NCBI RefSeq assembly: GCF_001194135.2
Contig: NC_068995.1
Span: forward strand, 34,931,325 to 34,973,496
Direction: 5' to 3'
Length of the DNA: 42,172 bases
Origin: Octopus bimaculoides
Lineage: Eukaryota
The translations under genes and the position numbers were made by a program. The notes beneath the pieces were generated by a model. The model saw only the letters and a list, made by a program, of their open reading frames with translations. It was not told where the DNA came from and ran no database searches. Positions 23,792-36,174 of the stretch are shown piece after piece (position 1 is the first letter of the stretch; each line of letters begins with the position of its first letter).

Positions 23792-23916
23792 TTCTTTCTT
23801 TTCTTTCTTTTCCTGAGCGTCCAATAACACAATACTTGTTCCACGTCCTCGTGTTGTTGCTTTTTCTTGCTTGTTCTTGTTTGGATTAACTATATATGTA
23901 TAGACACACACACACA

Positions 23917-23997
<81 letters not shown>

Positions 23998-24000
<3 letters not shown>

Positions 24001-24139
24001 AACATCGGTTATCAATTCAGGTAGGAGTGACAAACATACACACACACTCACACACAAACACACACACACACACACACGTGTGTGTGTGTGTGTGTTTGTG
24101 TATGTTTGTTTCCTACCGGAATTCATAACCGGTGTTGGT
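23998..24139. repeat. Fold-back inverted repeat built from a SINE internal segment plus CA/TG tracts
   Basis: Left arm accaacatcggttatcaattcaggtagga..caaacatacac(CA)n vs reverse complement of the right arm accaacaccggttatgaattccggtaggaaacaaacatacac(CA)n; centre at 24077/24078. Confidence 0.9.
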
Positions 24140-24178
24140 GTGTACACACACACACACACACACACACGTATACACACA

Positions 24179-24180
<2 letters not shown>

Positions 24181-24229
<49 letters not shown>
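24181..24229. repeat. (TG)n microsatellite
   Basis: Perfect TG run. Confidence 0.95.
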
Positions 24230-24230
<1 letters not shown>

Positions 24231-25458
24231 CTGAATCTGTGGAAGTTCATTGTGGCTATTTTGAGTTAAATGTTATCTTTCAGTTATAATCTAGTTGATA
24301 TTTTGAATTTTCTTAAAATACTTGTATTTTTGTTTGAGATGTTAAGTCATCTTTTCCTTTTATGAAAACTATCAGATTTAGCCCGAAAATCCCTCTATGT
24401 GCGTGTTTGTTCTGTATGTTTATTTAGAAACTATCTTTTAAGTATGCTGTATTGAATGCACAACAGAGTTCTGTTTTAATCTATTTTACTAAGCGTTAAT
24501 TTTAGTTTTAATATATCGTAGAAGTCCTTTGAATTTTGCTGGGATTTATTAAAATCTGAAATCCATCATGAATGTTACATATTCTCACCTTTAGGATAAA
24601 ATGATGTTTAATATATTACTTCTCTTTCATATTGTGGGTAATACAGTTGCTCGGAAAAAGACGCTGAAGGCAGCAAGGATAAAGTCATCAAACATTTTAT
24701 TTAAAAAATGATACATGACAGACGTCTCGGGGGATTCTAACGGGATTAGTTAAGTAAGATGAGGACACATATCAGAACTGTCAAACTCATGAGGCTTTGG
24801 GGACGTTAGTGAAAGGTAAAACAGATTTTGTAGGCTCGAAATGGATAACTGTTTCTATAAACTTTATTCATAATATGGCCAAAGTAAAAGGATTAAGGCC
24901 TCAATATACATTATAACAACATTAATAACAACAACAACAACAGCAAAAAGGAAATAATACGATGCGTTACAAAGATTTGTGTATAGAAATGTGTTGGAAA
25001 AGGAAAGCCACACGGAATACAAACAGCACAGCACAAACAAACGGAATCTTTAAAATATTGCTGCTGAATATTGAAAGGAAATAGAAATAATATGCTGTTT
25101 TTAGCTTCATTCATATACAAATGTATACTCCTTCTTTAAGTTCTCTCTCAAATGTTAAATGTTCTATATGGCGTGTCCTATATTTACTCACTATAATATA
25201 TGGTGAATGATATGAGGGTGGTGAAGCATTCGGTATATGATGGAGATATAGCCTCTCTTTCAGCATTTGAAAATGTTCAGCCACCTTCATTTCATATTTT
25301 CCTAACTATAGCTGAAATGACATTTAGGAAAAGAGAAATATGAGATCATAAGTGTGGGGAAGACAACTAAGGTTCACCAGTATCCTACTATCTCAGAAAT
25401 AGTGGGTGAAAAGTATGCTGGCTGTAATGAGATCTGGCTTCCCCAAATAAATAATGTA

Positions 25459-25875
25459 CCGTATATACTCGGCTATAAATAGCACTTTTTTTTCCCTGAA
25501 ATTTTCGCCTAAAGTTGGGGGTGCGACATATAAGCACATCCTATAAAATAAATCTTCAGATATTTTCTAGGTACAAGCCACGTCTAAAGTTCCGATACTT
25601 CGAATAATCGACAAAGATAAAATTTTACATTATAAATAACGGACTTAATGGACTTAATGGGATAACAGTTGTTGTAAGTCAACTTCAGCTTATTGAAAGT
25701 TCGGTGACTGAACAACAACAACTATATCGGCACGATTTCTACTCAAACTTTGCTTTCCAACATCAAAAACGTCGCTGCGACTTATAGTCGGGTCAATGAT
25801 AAAATTCCCGATTTGAACCTTGTAAATTGGGGTGCGTCTTATAGGCGAGGGCATTTTATATATGAGTATTTACGG
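25459..25875. mobile_element. Tc2/pogo-type (Kanga/MER104-like) MITE, 417 bp
   Basis: TA flanks on both sides. TIR ccgtatatactcggctataa vs rc ccgtaaatactcatatataa. Three internal copies of a g(g/c)tgcg(a/t)cttata-like motif near 25520, 25775 and 25831. Confidence 0.8.
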
Positions 25876-26539
25876 TAGTTGATAGTATAGACACAAACCA
25901 CATCCAGAAGAAGCCCAAGAACAGAAGCAGCTTGACAGAAAGAATATTTCATCACTTCCACTCCACTCTAATATCTCAAAGCTGGTGGATACATCCTTTA
26001 ATAAGTATGTTCTATAACTCCTCAAACTATCCGTCTCTCTTATTCTCTCTCTCTCTCTCCCTCTTTTTCTGTCACGTTAATTACCACAAGTGCGACTTTA
26101 GTAACGCTGGCTCAAATTGAGTCCGACCTTCCTATGTCTCCTAATACTAGGTTCACACTTTAGAGAAATTTTGTGTCAACACTGTAGTGATAAGTGCCAA
26201 ACTGTTTCCCTTTTTCCCTGGGCTTCTCATTATCTGTTGTTAGTTCTGCTAGCATTTCAATTTATATAGTTCACATTTAAGGACTACTCTTGAACGATGC
26301 ATTACAACTTCACGTTTCCCCGTCAAAATTCACGCGAAAAAGTAACCGTTTCGGAAATTTTATTTACAATGTAATGAAGCTTTGGGTCAACTATGTAGCT
26401 TTGATAAACGTGTCCTTCAATATGTTTATTTAATCTAATCTTATTACCAAACTGAAACTAAGCTTTGTCAAGTAACAAATGTTCAAGTTCTTTTTAATCT
26501 GCCTATGTGTTTTCGCATAGATTCTTGTATTTATAAATG

Positions 26540-26775
26540 TAAGAATACATTCACTTTATAAACATAGATACACACACACTCACACACACGCGTATATATA
26601 CATATATGTGTGCGCGTGTTGTGTGTGTGTGTGTCTATATACCCATATATACATACATACATGCATAAATACATACATACATACATACATACATAAATAC
26701 ATATATACATACATACATATATATATATATATCTACATATACAAACGCACATATATACTACGTGTGTGAGAGTGT

Positions 26776-26835
<60 letters not shown>

Positions 26836-26930
26836 CATACATATATATAAATCTTTTCATACACACATACACGCATACACACACAAATTCACACACACAC
26901 GCACGCACGCACACACGCACACATATATAT
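26540..26930. repeat. Compound CA/CATA/TA microsatellite field
   Basis: Alternating simple-repeat tracts. Confidence 0.9.
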
Positions 26931-27702
26931 GGGTATTTAACTTCATATATCTATTGTATCTATGCCCACGCACACATATACACGTTCATCTACTCCTGCA
27001 TATATAACTATATGATTAATAACACTGGTAGAAATATGTGTTTAAATTCCTAATTTGTTACTTGCTGCTGGCAATTCAAAGGATATATCAGGAGCGATTA
27101 ATTGAGTTAAGTTCCGTTGCATAAAATTTGCATCTCTCATCTGATACGATTGATAAGCAATAATCATATTCTTCATACAGTATTTGATTTTGCTTTGCTC
27201 AAAATCATTCACCGGGTTAAATGTATGCTCTGAAGTTTTGAAAAGCCTCTGGAATAAACAGAATTATAATATGCATTAATCAACTCAAGAATATGGGCGA
27301 CACAGAGATGCAGAACATATTCCTATTCCATGAAATATCAATGGATTTATATACATATCCCTTTACATATATGCTTAGATGTATGTATGTGTATATGCAT
27401 ACAAACACACGTACACAAACATACACAAACACATACACACACACGCATGCAGGAACACGCATACGCAGAGATAGATGAATGTTTGTATATACGCGTATAT
27501 ACATTGATATATATTTATATTAACTACGTGAAGATTGAACGACTTCATTATAGCGTATGTAACATAACGGCAACGTGGCACATATTTGACAATTAAATCT
27601 GATAAATTAACACATGGAATATTTTTTAAAATGATACCTTTAGCAACAATCGCGAAGTTTTTGAAGATTGAATATAATAACACATTAACAAGGTAAATAT
27701 TA

Positions 27703-27780
27703 CAAACACACACACGCACACGTGTGTGTATGAGTATGTGTGTATATATATGTAAGTATGTATGTATGTATGTATGTATG

Positions 27781-27829
<49 letters not shown>

Positions 27830-27880
27830 GTGTGTGTATATATGTGTGTGTATGTAGGTATTTATGTATGTGTGTTTATG
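27703..27880. repeat. CA/TATG/TA/TG microsatellite field
   Basis: Simple-repeat tracts. Confidence 0.9.
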
Positions 27881-28734
27881 TCTATTATCTTCCCGGGATA
27901 ACTCACTTTAAGATATGCCAAAGCTATTTCAGATTTCATTATCGTTCGGAATAGTACAAATTGAAAGTGATGTGAAGATATTAACATTGCAATAATGAGG
28001 ATATAACTGTTGGGGACATAAGCCAAGGACAAGTGGTGAGCTATGAAGAACCTAAGCTTGTGTTTGTATATTTGCAGTGATTTTTATCAGCGATAGCATT
28101 ACGAGTTAGAGTTTCCAAATGATTAAACAAATAACTAACTAAAATAAAGACGAAATTTGATAGACTACGCTTCTTTGATAATTGCTTAATTCGAAACAGT
28201 TAGAATACAATGAATGTAAGATAGACAGGGTATTATTTGCAAGCATAAAGCATTACATAAGGGATAAATATAAATGTATTAGGTTATAACATAATTGGCT
28301 CTGATTGGCATTGAAAGTTTTCCACCTTCGTTATAAAGGCTTTAATCTTCAAACTAAGCTTCACATTTTGGCAGCTCTAGTAGTTTGTATTGATTTCAAT
28401 ACTTACTGAGAGTACATGTACCGGCTCCCGCGAGATCTGAAACTAGCATGTAACTGATTATAACTTAATGGGGATTGAGAGATTTTACAAAGACTAAAAG
28501 GCTCAAATATACAAAATGTTCAAGGTATTTTACATAAATTGAAAAGTGTAAAGCTATTTCACAAAAATTACAAATCAAATAGTTTATTAATATGCAAAAT
28601 CATGTATTAATGTGAAAACGAACTTTTATCTAGATCTCCATTCTTCTGGTAAGTCACCTTGGGTAAGTTTTATATTTTATCGTATAGACGGGTTAGCCAA
28701 TGATATGTGAGGAGAGTTTTATAGAAGAAAAATC

Positions 28735-29718
28735 AAGTGGAAGTCTATCGTATGGTAAGTCAGAACAGATATAACGGCAAAGAAATTTAATAAGCAAAAA
28801 AAAAAAAAAAAAAAAAATCCTTTCAGATATACGAAATTAGATATATTTCAATAACAAGCTATGCAATGAAAGCACTCTCAAAGTCAATGACCGCCAGGTA
28901 AGCGGCTGCATACTAGAATCAGCATGTTCCCATTGACGTTGACTGTCATAGACATGTTGGCAAATTTCAATGTGACCTTATTATAAGGTGTCCTAGACGT
29001 AATAGCTGCAATGGTTCGAATTATGAGAGACAGGAAGCCATTGTCTGGCGCTCACATCATTGTGAAAATGGAGGGCGTCGAAGGAAACCAATTTTTGATG
29101 TTGATTTGTGGTCTGTCCGCACTCCAGTTCATGATAATTTGACGAGAACAAACAATTCTCTCGAATGGCATCAGGCTTTAAAAAAAGGACTTTGCGTAAC
29201 TCATCCTACAATCACCAAATTACTGAAGGTTATTACAAACGAGCAGGTATCCAATGAAATTCTCATTGAGCTGGCTACTATAGGGATTGAGATATCACAA
29301 CCTAACAAAAAATATGATACCATTAACAAAAGGATAAAAACCATTTATAGTTCTTATAATTGAGAAGAATGATTGGCTTTTCTACGATCTTTCGCTCACA
29401 ATTTTTAGAAACGCTTATTTATTTTTGTCTTTTACATTTTAATATGTTAATTGTAATAATTTTAAAATAAACATCTGATCACATTATTTTTGCATGTTTA
29501 CATTGTAAATCTAGTAAAGAAACCTATTTAAAAAGTTGTTTTATGTATCTATTTTTTCTACATTATTGTCTGTGAAATGGCCTTGTAGGAATAAAATGAT
29601 TATAACATATTTTCATTTTCGTTTGTCTTTTCGGCTTCTTGTCCCTTTGGGCTTATGTCCTTTCGACATTATGTCCGTTCGGCTTTTTGTCCTTCGGCAA
29701 AAGTGCATTGGGCATCCC
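28735..29718 (+). mobile_element. Mutator-like (MULE) transposon remnant, internally deleted, with a repeat-structured right end
   Basis: RRRKPIFDVDLWSVR..VHDNLTRTNNSLE-WHQAL...THPTITKLLKVITNEQ matches the invertebrate MULE transposase C-terminus (P.F....W.V......PRTNN..EGWH......HP......EQ). The region 29620-29718 holds tandem t(t/a)tgtcc..t(t/c)gg units, part of which is inverted at 28014-28033. Confidence 0.75.
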
Positions 29719-30567
29719 GTCCGTGTACCTAAAAATTTCAAGTCAGTAACTGCTGGGTTACGACAAACGCGGGAGAGCAAGTAATGTCATAATGTTTAGG
29801 GAATAATCACGCTATTCATGGTTAATTAATAAAGATATTTAATTAAAATGGAAGTGTAAGGAGTTAATTAAGAAGAAAGCTTGAGCGAGATATAGTCCAG
29901 CTATGCAGCGCAATTTTTGAGAATGAAGACTAGGACACCGTCAATAAATGTTACCTGGCTAATCTGAATTTATTTGGTGGATGTATATTTAGCAGAAAAG
30001 TGGCTTATAGAAGCACATTGTAAGTAGAGCGGTGTCGCGTGCTTGGAGAGTGGATTTGGAATCAGGTAAATACTACTTAAGTTGGTATTAAAATTGGTTG
30101 ACAAATTTTTCCAACTTTTCAGTCTATCTCTTCTGAATCCACATAGATATGTAAGATATAAGTTAGTTTCCTAGATGTGGAACGCTCAAGTATGGTTCGA
30201 TCAGCTGAAAGTTCTTGTCGGTGCGCGTTTATCTCGATGTTTTAGGTAATTTAAACTGCGTATCAGAAATGTGGTTATAGCTCACATAAATAAATATGAT
30301 CCGAGGCCTACTAAGAAAAATTTAAAAAATAATTCTCTTCTAGAATGTAAGATCTATACTAAAAATTCCTTGTTGAGAACACATTTCCAGTTAAATTGTC
30401 ATGCAGCCCGCAAATATATCTAGTTGAAAATATTCTCCACAACAGAAGCTGTGAGTCCCCAAACAGAAAACAGAGTGACGACAAAAACTTAATGATCCTC
30501 GGTACATGCCTCTCTCTGCGTAGGGATCAGACATGTCATGTAACGAAGGGCAGGAGAAAGAAGGTAA

Positions 30568-30890
30568 ATGACAACATATGAAGAAAAGAAAAATATGAGA
30601 ATGAAAAACAGACCAACAAAATAGCAGGGGGGTTCAAACGGCCAGAACTTCCCAATAACACAGTAACACATTCTCCAACATCAACATCATTAACATCACC
30701 ATCACCACGGACAGAAACACAACCAACATCACAAACACCAGCAAAACCCATCATGCTCATTCCCCAAAACAACAACAGCAAAGAAGCACTAAGAAACTTC
30801 ACTGTCATACACAAGGAGAACAAAGAACAATTGAAGCATATACGTTCATACACAGATATCACTCAGAGGCAATTTCATCGCACCAAGTAA
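30568..30890 (+). other. A/C-rich Ser/Thr/Pro-rich reading frame, possible LINE ORF1 N-terminal remnant
   Basis: Open frame 30582-30890 (..GGFKRPELPNNTVTHSPTSTSLTSPSPRTETQPTSQTPAKPIMLIPQ..), reachable from ATG 30568 with one frameshift. No diagnostic motif. Confidence 0.3.
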
Positions 30891-31504
30891 CAACAAGAAG
30901 ATAGTTTTGAAAATATTTAATTTCACACTTAACTTTTTTTGGATTGATTGTCCAATTCGCCTCAACACATTCTGTTTACAATTCAACACTTCAAACCACC
31001 ACGTCTCGATAAAAAAATTTATGTTTTAGATTATGAATCTCCTTCTACCTACATGATTAGAAATCGAAATAACTTTAAGTTGAAATCAATATATGGCACT
31101 TACACCACAGAACTTTAAACTGATGATATAATTTCTGGTGAAATACCTTGCAGACAATCTCTTCATTGAGAAATTCTCTCAGTGTATATTTGTTAATAAT
31201 TGAACATTGGTTTTTGAACTTTTCATGATTTATTTATTTATTCCATTTCTCAGTTTAATAAATTGTTATCATATTCGATCCAAACATTATATCCTGTCAC
31301 GTGCCCCATCTGCTCATTTGACATGGCTAAATATTTTGCTTTCGAAATTTATTTGTCTATGTGGAAATGAATATCTTTATGGAGATCTGCCAAAAGTTAG
31401 CAAAGATCAGGCAAAGACGGCTGCGACTATCGGGTCACTGCGTGCGCTACCCTGTACTGCAATCATCCAAATTGGACTTGTGAGACTCACTTCATGGTGA
31501 TGTA

Positions 31505-31648
31505 AGAAGAAAACGTCATCACGCTTACATTGCAGACACTGGCCTGGAATGTATCCAGAACCTAGGGGCAGTGATGGCGGACCGAGAAATGTGGCGGGTG
31601 GACTTTCTTGCTGTGACCCGGATTAGAACCCGGCTATGATAATAACAA
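31505..31648 (+). mobile_element. 3' end of an RTE-clade LINE
   Basis: YIADTGLECIQNLGAVMADREMWR resembles the DTGL....L...M.DR..WR C-terminus of RTE ORFs; ends in a short ATA/ACA-rich tail. Confidence 0.65.
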
Positions 31649-31690
31649 TTGTCTATGTGGCAAATTTTAGCGTGTAGAAGTTTATATTAT

Positions 31691-31914
31691 GGGTTCAGTG
31701 ATGCGTGGGGACCGGTATGCTTTCCTCTGCGAGTCGTAGTAGGTGACTAAATAAGAGTGAGATAGCATTTGCATACGATCTCGCTAAACCTTCACCAGCA
31801 AAGACTAACGAAGCAAACTTGTTGGTTGTCGCTTGAGTGGTGAAAACGAGTAATCTGCCAGCAGTAGGGAATCACCAAAAAATGGTGGACGCAGTGACGC
31901 GCTATAGAAGCGCA

Positions 31915-31951
<37 letters not shown>
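31691..31951 (+). mobile_element. Short non-autonomous RTE-derived element with a (TAC)n tail
   Basis: cctctgcgagtcgtagtaggtgactaaa resembles the RTE 5'-UTR motif (recalled as cctgcgtgtcgtaagaggcgactaaa). GC-rich body ends in about 12 TAC repeats. Confidence 0.5.
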
Positions 31952-31952
<1 letters not shown>

Positions 31953-32109
31953 GTGATAAACTTAACCCACCCTACAGCTGGGCGTGTTCCAAGTCAGAAA
32001 ATTATTGATTAGGTTATTAAAAAATAAAGCATTAGTGTTCAATTGAAGAAGCTTTTCATACTATGACTAGTTTGGTAACTAATTAGGATAAGAATAACAC
32101 CTATGTTTT

Positions 32110-32111
32110 AT

Positions 32112-32142
<31 letters not shown>

Positions 32143-32305
32143 AACACACACACACGCGCGCACGCACGCGCACAAACACACACACACACAGACATTTATG
32201 TACCTACATATATACAACATACATACGTATGTCTGTGTGTGTGTGTGTATGTGTTTGTGTGTGTGTGTGTATGTTTGTGTGTGTATGTGTATATTTGTGT
32301 GTGAG
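32110..32305. repeat. CA/TG microsatellite pair
   Basis: CA-rich tract followed by a TG-rich tract. Confidence 0.85.
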
Positions 32306-34435
32306 CAGTATATAAATGATGTGCAAGACATACCTATCGGGATGTTTATTGCTACATTATCGAATATGCGTTCCCTTTTTGAAGAAAGTAAGAGAGATAT
32401 GAGACGCATCTCGTTCTTTTTCAAGAACATTTTGTGACTTCACAGAGGATCTTCTGTTAGTTCGTCTAGAGTGATTTTCGGCGATGTGTTTTTAAGAAAA
32501 TTTATTACACCCATAGGCATTAAATATTCACTCTACCTTCTGTTTGCAAGCGTTTATACAAATTCATAAATGCATAAATCATATTTGGCTACCGTGAATG
32601 AGAGTTAATCATTTTGAGCTATTTATAACGCAAAAGCGTTATACTAATTAATGATATTCTCATCAATTCCCGCAAGTTAGCCTACTATAGCATTTCGCAG
32701 ACGGTTATTCAGAGTTCATAACTGTTTTTTATGAACTGCTTCTTTTCTATAAAAGCGAAGCACTCTTTTCAATGAAATTCATATTGTGGCCCGTTAATTT
32801 CACAGAACGCAGCACGTTATCGTTAATTCCTAAAATCAGTCATTCAAATGTTATTAATCAAGAACAGTTTAAAAAATATTGTTTATTTTAAATGCCATTG
32901 TGGTATTTCAGCTGTTCTGCCACAAGATTTTTTAATACTTCATAACGAATCAACAACATCATTGTATCTTTGTGGTCATATGTGCTCTGGAAATATAAAC
33001 CAGCTTATTTTATAGCTAAACAAAGATTGCATAATCAATTTACACTATATATCAAGCAGTTTGCTTTGCAGATCATATATATATATATATATATATATCA
33101 TATGAGTCTTTTAAAGTGTTCCTCGTGAAAACAATAATTTAGAAACGCTTCTATTTACGTAAAACAAGTGCTATATAATTTGATAGGTGTGTCAAGTTTA
33201 AGATTTCTTGCTGTGGTATAATTTCTTTTTCTTTTACTAAATGAAAAAACCTTATGGAAGTTATAAATGGCAGACTTCCAACTGTGGAATATTCAGTTAG
33301 CTTAACGTATATGTGCAGTTAATCAAAGAGATAAACTTTCTTCTGACTGAGTTACTTGTAATGAGGATAAATATATTTCTGTGACATTTTAATATCCAAT
33401 AAAATTAAATGAATTAAATTATCGTAGTTTCGTAGCATGAGTTGGAACTGGCTCTCTTTATAAGAGGACGTCTTAGAGACTGAGAATAAACTGTAATTTT
33501 CATTATCAGAAATTTTAATATAAGATACACCATCGATGTAGCATCAATGCAAGTCACAAACAAGTGAAGATGATTAGTTTCATTTGGGTTTAGTCCTTAT
33601 TATGTTACCGATGCCTTTATTATATCACATTCAGTGTGTTTTTATGTCGTACACGTCATCAGCTATACGTACCGAATAATTCGTTCATAGTCCACTATAA
33701 ATTGCCATTCGTGCATGTGCCCGATACTTGAAGTTGCCTACAGTAAATTTAACGTGGAAGTAATGCTTGTCGCCACTTCAACATGGCTGTTCCATACAGA
33801 TTGACGTTAGTACTATTTGTAACCCCAAGAGGACGCCTCCTTTAGCTGGTTATCGATGCAATCTGCACTCGATATATATTGCAAGCTGGGGAGCGAAACA
33901 TTTGCTACCGATTTCACATTTAATGTGTCAATTTCAAAATTTTATCAATTTTGTGTCTATATTGTTCAACTCTACTATTAAAAGGATAGATTAATTGAGT
34001 GACAAAGGCATACAACGAGAGAAACAAAAGTAGGGAGGGGTACGAGAAATAAATAATTAAAAATAGGTAGATAGCTCGAGAGAGAGAGAGAGAAATAGAG
34101 AGAAAATTGCGATGGTGAAACAGAGATATAGGAGGTTGAGTGAGACATAAAGAGAAAAAGGTTAGGTTTCAGATTCTTGTTGGAAGCGGATAGGCGGCGA
34201 TAGCTACACAGAAAACGAATCTTTGTCAAGATTATTTCTACAAGATTATTTCTACAGATATTATAGCCAGAACTGCTTTTTGTTACAATGTTAGATGTAA
34301 ACAAACAATAAGATCGAAGACAAAAATGGGTAATGAGTGTATATGCCATATTTCGGGGGTTTTCCCCTTCTTGAGCACCCATGTAACTCATTTTCGCCTC
34401 CGAACACATTGCTTATATAGCCACCGCATACAGCG

Positions 34436-34813
34436 GTGTTAAGCTATTGTATATACAAATTTACATATTAAACGCATTTCTGGAGCTGGTATACAAACCT
34501 TAATGACTTGTAGGTACGAGAATTTTGTTATGCAACTATAATATACTATAAAGCATATTAAATATTTTTTTAAGTCAACACCACGTTCTAATAATTTGGT
34601 AATAATATCTGTAGAAATAGCCTTAACAAAATAATGTAAAAAGCGCTGCTAACGCAGTAGAACGTGGTGTTGACTTATAAAAACTTTTGATATACTTTGT
34701 AGTATATTATGGTTGCATAACGAAATACCATGTACCTATAAGTCATTAATGTTTACATACCAGCTCCAGGAATGTGTTTAATGTGTAAATTGGTATATCC
34801 AATAACTTAACAC
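34436..34813. mobile_element. Hairpin MITE with 155-bp inverted arms and a 67-bp spacer
   Basis: Arm 34436-34590 (gtgttaagctattgtatatacaaatttac...aagtcaacaccacgttcta) aligns end to end with the reverse complement of 34658-34813 at roughly 80% identity by eye. Confidence 0.85.
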
Positions 34814-35731
34814 GTAAAATACTACGTACCTACAAGTCATTAAGAAAAAGAATTATCGGGGATAAGAAGGGTTACAGGCACACCAGTTTTCTTTAAGATA
34901 CATACTCACACACATACATATATGTATAAAAAGATAAGTAGATAGATATAGATATGCAAAAAAGTATATGTAAGAGTCGCTTCCGAATGGTATTCATATT
35001 GACATTCAATGCACAACGTGAAACTATAAACATCACCATGTGTGACTGAGACGTAGTTCCTAACCATGCAACCATATTTTCTTTTTTGCCTGACACACTC
35101 TTAAACGCGAACATTCACATAGAAATTCAAAGACATGCACGTACACTCACAAATATCTAAAGACAGACATACCCACAGTTTCACTAACATCCGATAAAAA
35201 AAACTACCGACGGAATAAACTATAGTTAATATTTATTTTCAAAACATTCTTTTGTTACTTAGTTTGAATTATAACAATATATAATGAAGTCTTTTCTTAA
35301 ATTGTGTCTTCTTATGTGGTAGTGACAATAGTAAAATACACAGTGGTGTTAGTTCTCCCCTTATTTAAAAAAAACCCAAATATTTGTAAATACAAGAAAA
35401 AAAAAAGCATTTTCACCGCACACACTACAAACCGAGACAAACAAACAGACGCGTTTTCAGAAACAAATAGAATTTGAAATGGCAAAATGTAATAAATAAA
35501 TACACAAATGAAATACGGTAGAAAATAACAATAAAAGAGATCACAACCACTATCTCAGTACACATGCCACACACATACACACATAAGCACATAATAGCAT
35601 ACATTTACATGCATACATACATATATGTATATGTATGTATATATGAATCTATATATACATACATACATATATTTATATATCTACATATATATGCATATAT
35701 AATAATACGCACACACACACACTCACACACG

Positions 35732-35767
<36 letters not shown>

Positions 35768-36174
35768 AAGTCAAAATAAGCAACAAGGATATCCAAAGTT
35801 NNNNNNNNNNAGTCAAAATAAGCAACAAGGATATCCAAAGTTAATGCAGTACAATCGTTTCATGCGACTCCATTTAATTAAGCAATGTGGACATTACATC
35901 AAATATAAAATGCAGAGCAATCCTCAGCTGCACAAAAATATAGAAATTTATTGAAATTAGATTTCAACAGAAGCTCATATCTTTATAATTACATATAAAC
36001 TCCCTCTCGCTCTATCTCTCTCTCTATATATATACTTTAATAATAAAGCTGCTAAGACATCACAAAAACTGTTACTCAGAGTTTGACTCTACCGTTTGTC
36101 GGACAATTTTGGTTTAGAATATATATAGATCTGTATATATATACAGAGTCCCTACCCCTCCCCCGCACCAACAT

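Noticed and set aside
24721-24750. Minus-strand cccgagacgtc followed by AATAAA, resembling a PLE/hammerhead 3' half; also ctcatgagg...ctcgaaa near 24787-24841
   Set aside because: The 5' core and stem II cannot be recovered convincingly in either case.
33640-33662. Minus-strand CTGATGA-CGTGTACG
   Set aside because: No GAAA after the stem; expected by chance.
35769-35842. Exact 32-bp direct repeat flanking a 10-N gap
   Set aside because: Typical scaffolding artefact from overlapping contig ends, not a TSD or biological repeat.
36020-36120. TCTATATATATAC..TAATAATAAAG start resembling a Helitron 5' end
   Set aside because: No matching 3' hairpin plus CTAG terminus found downstream.
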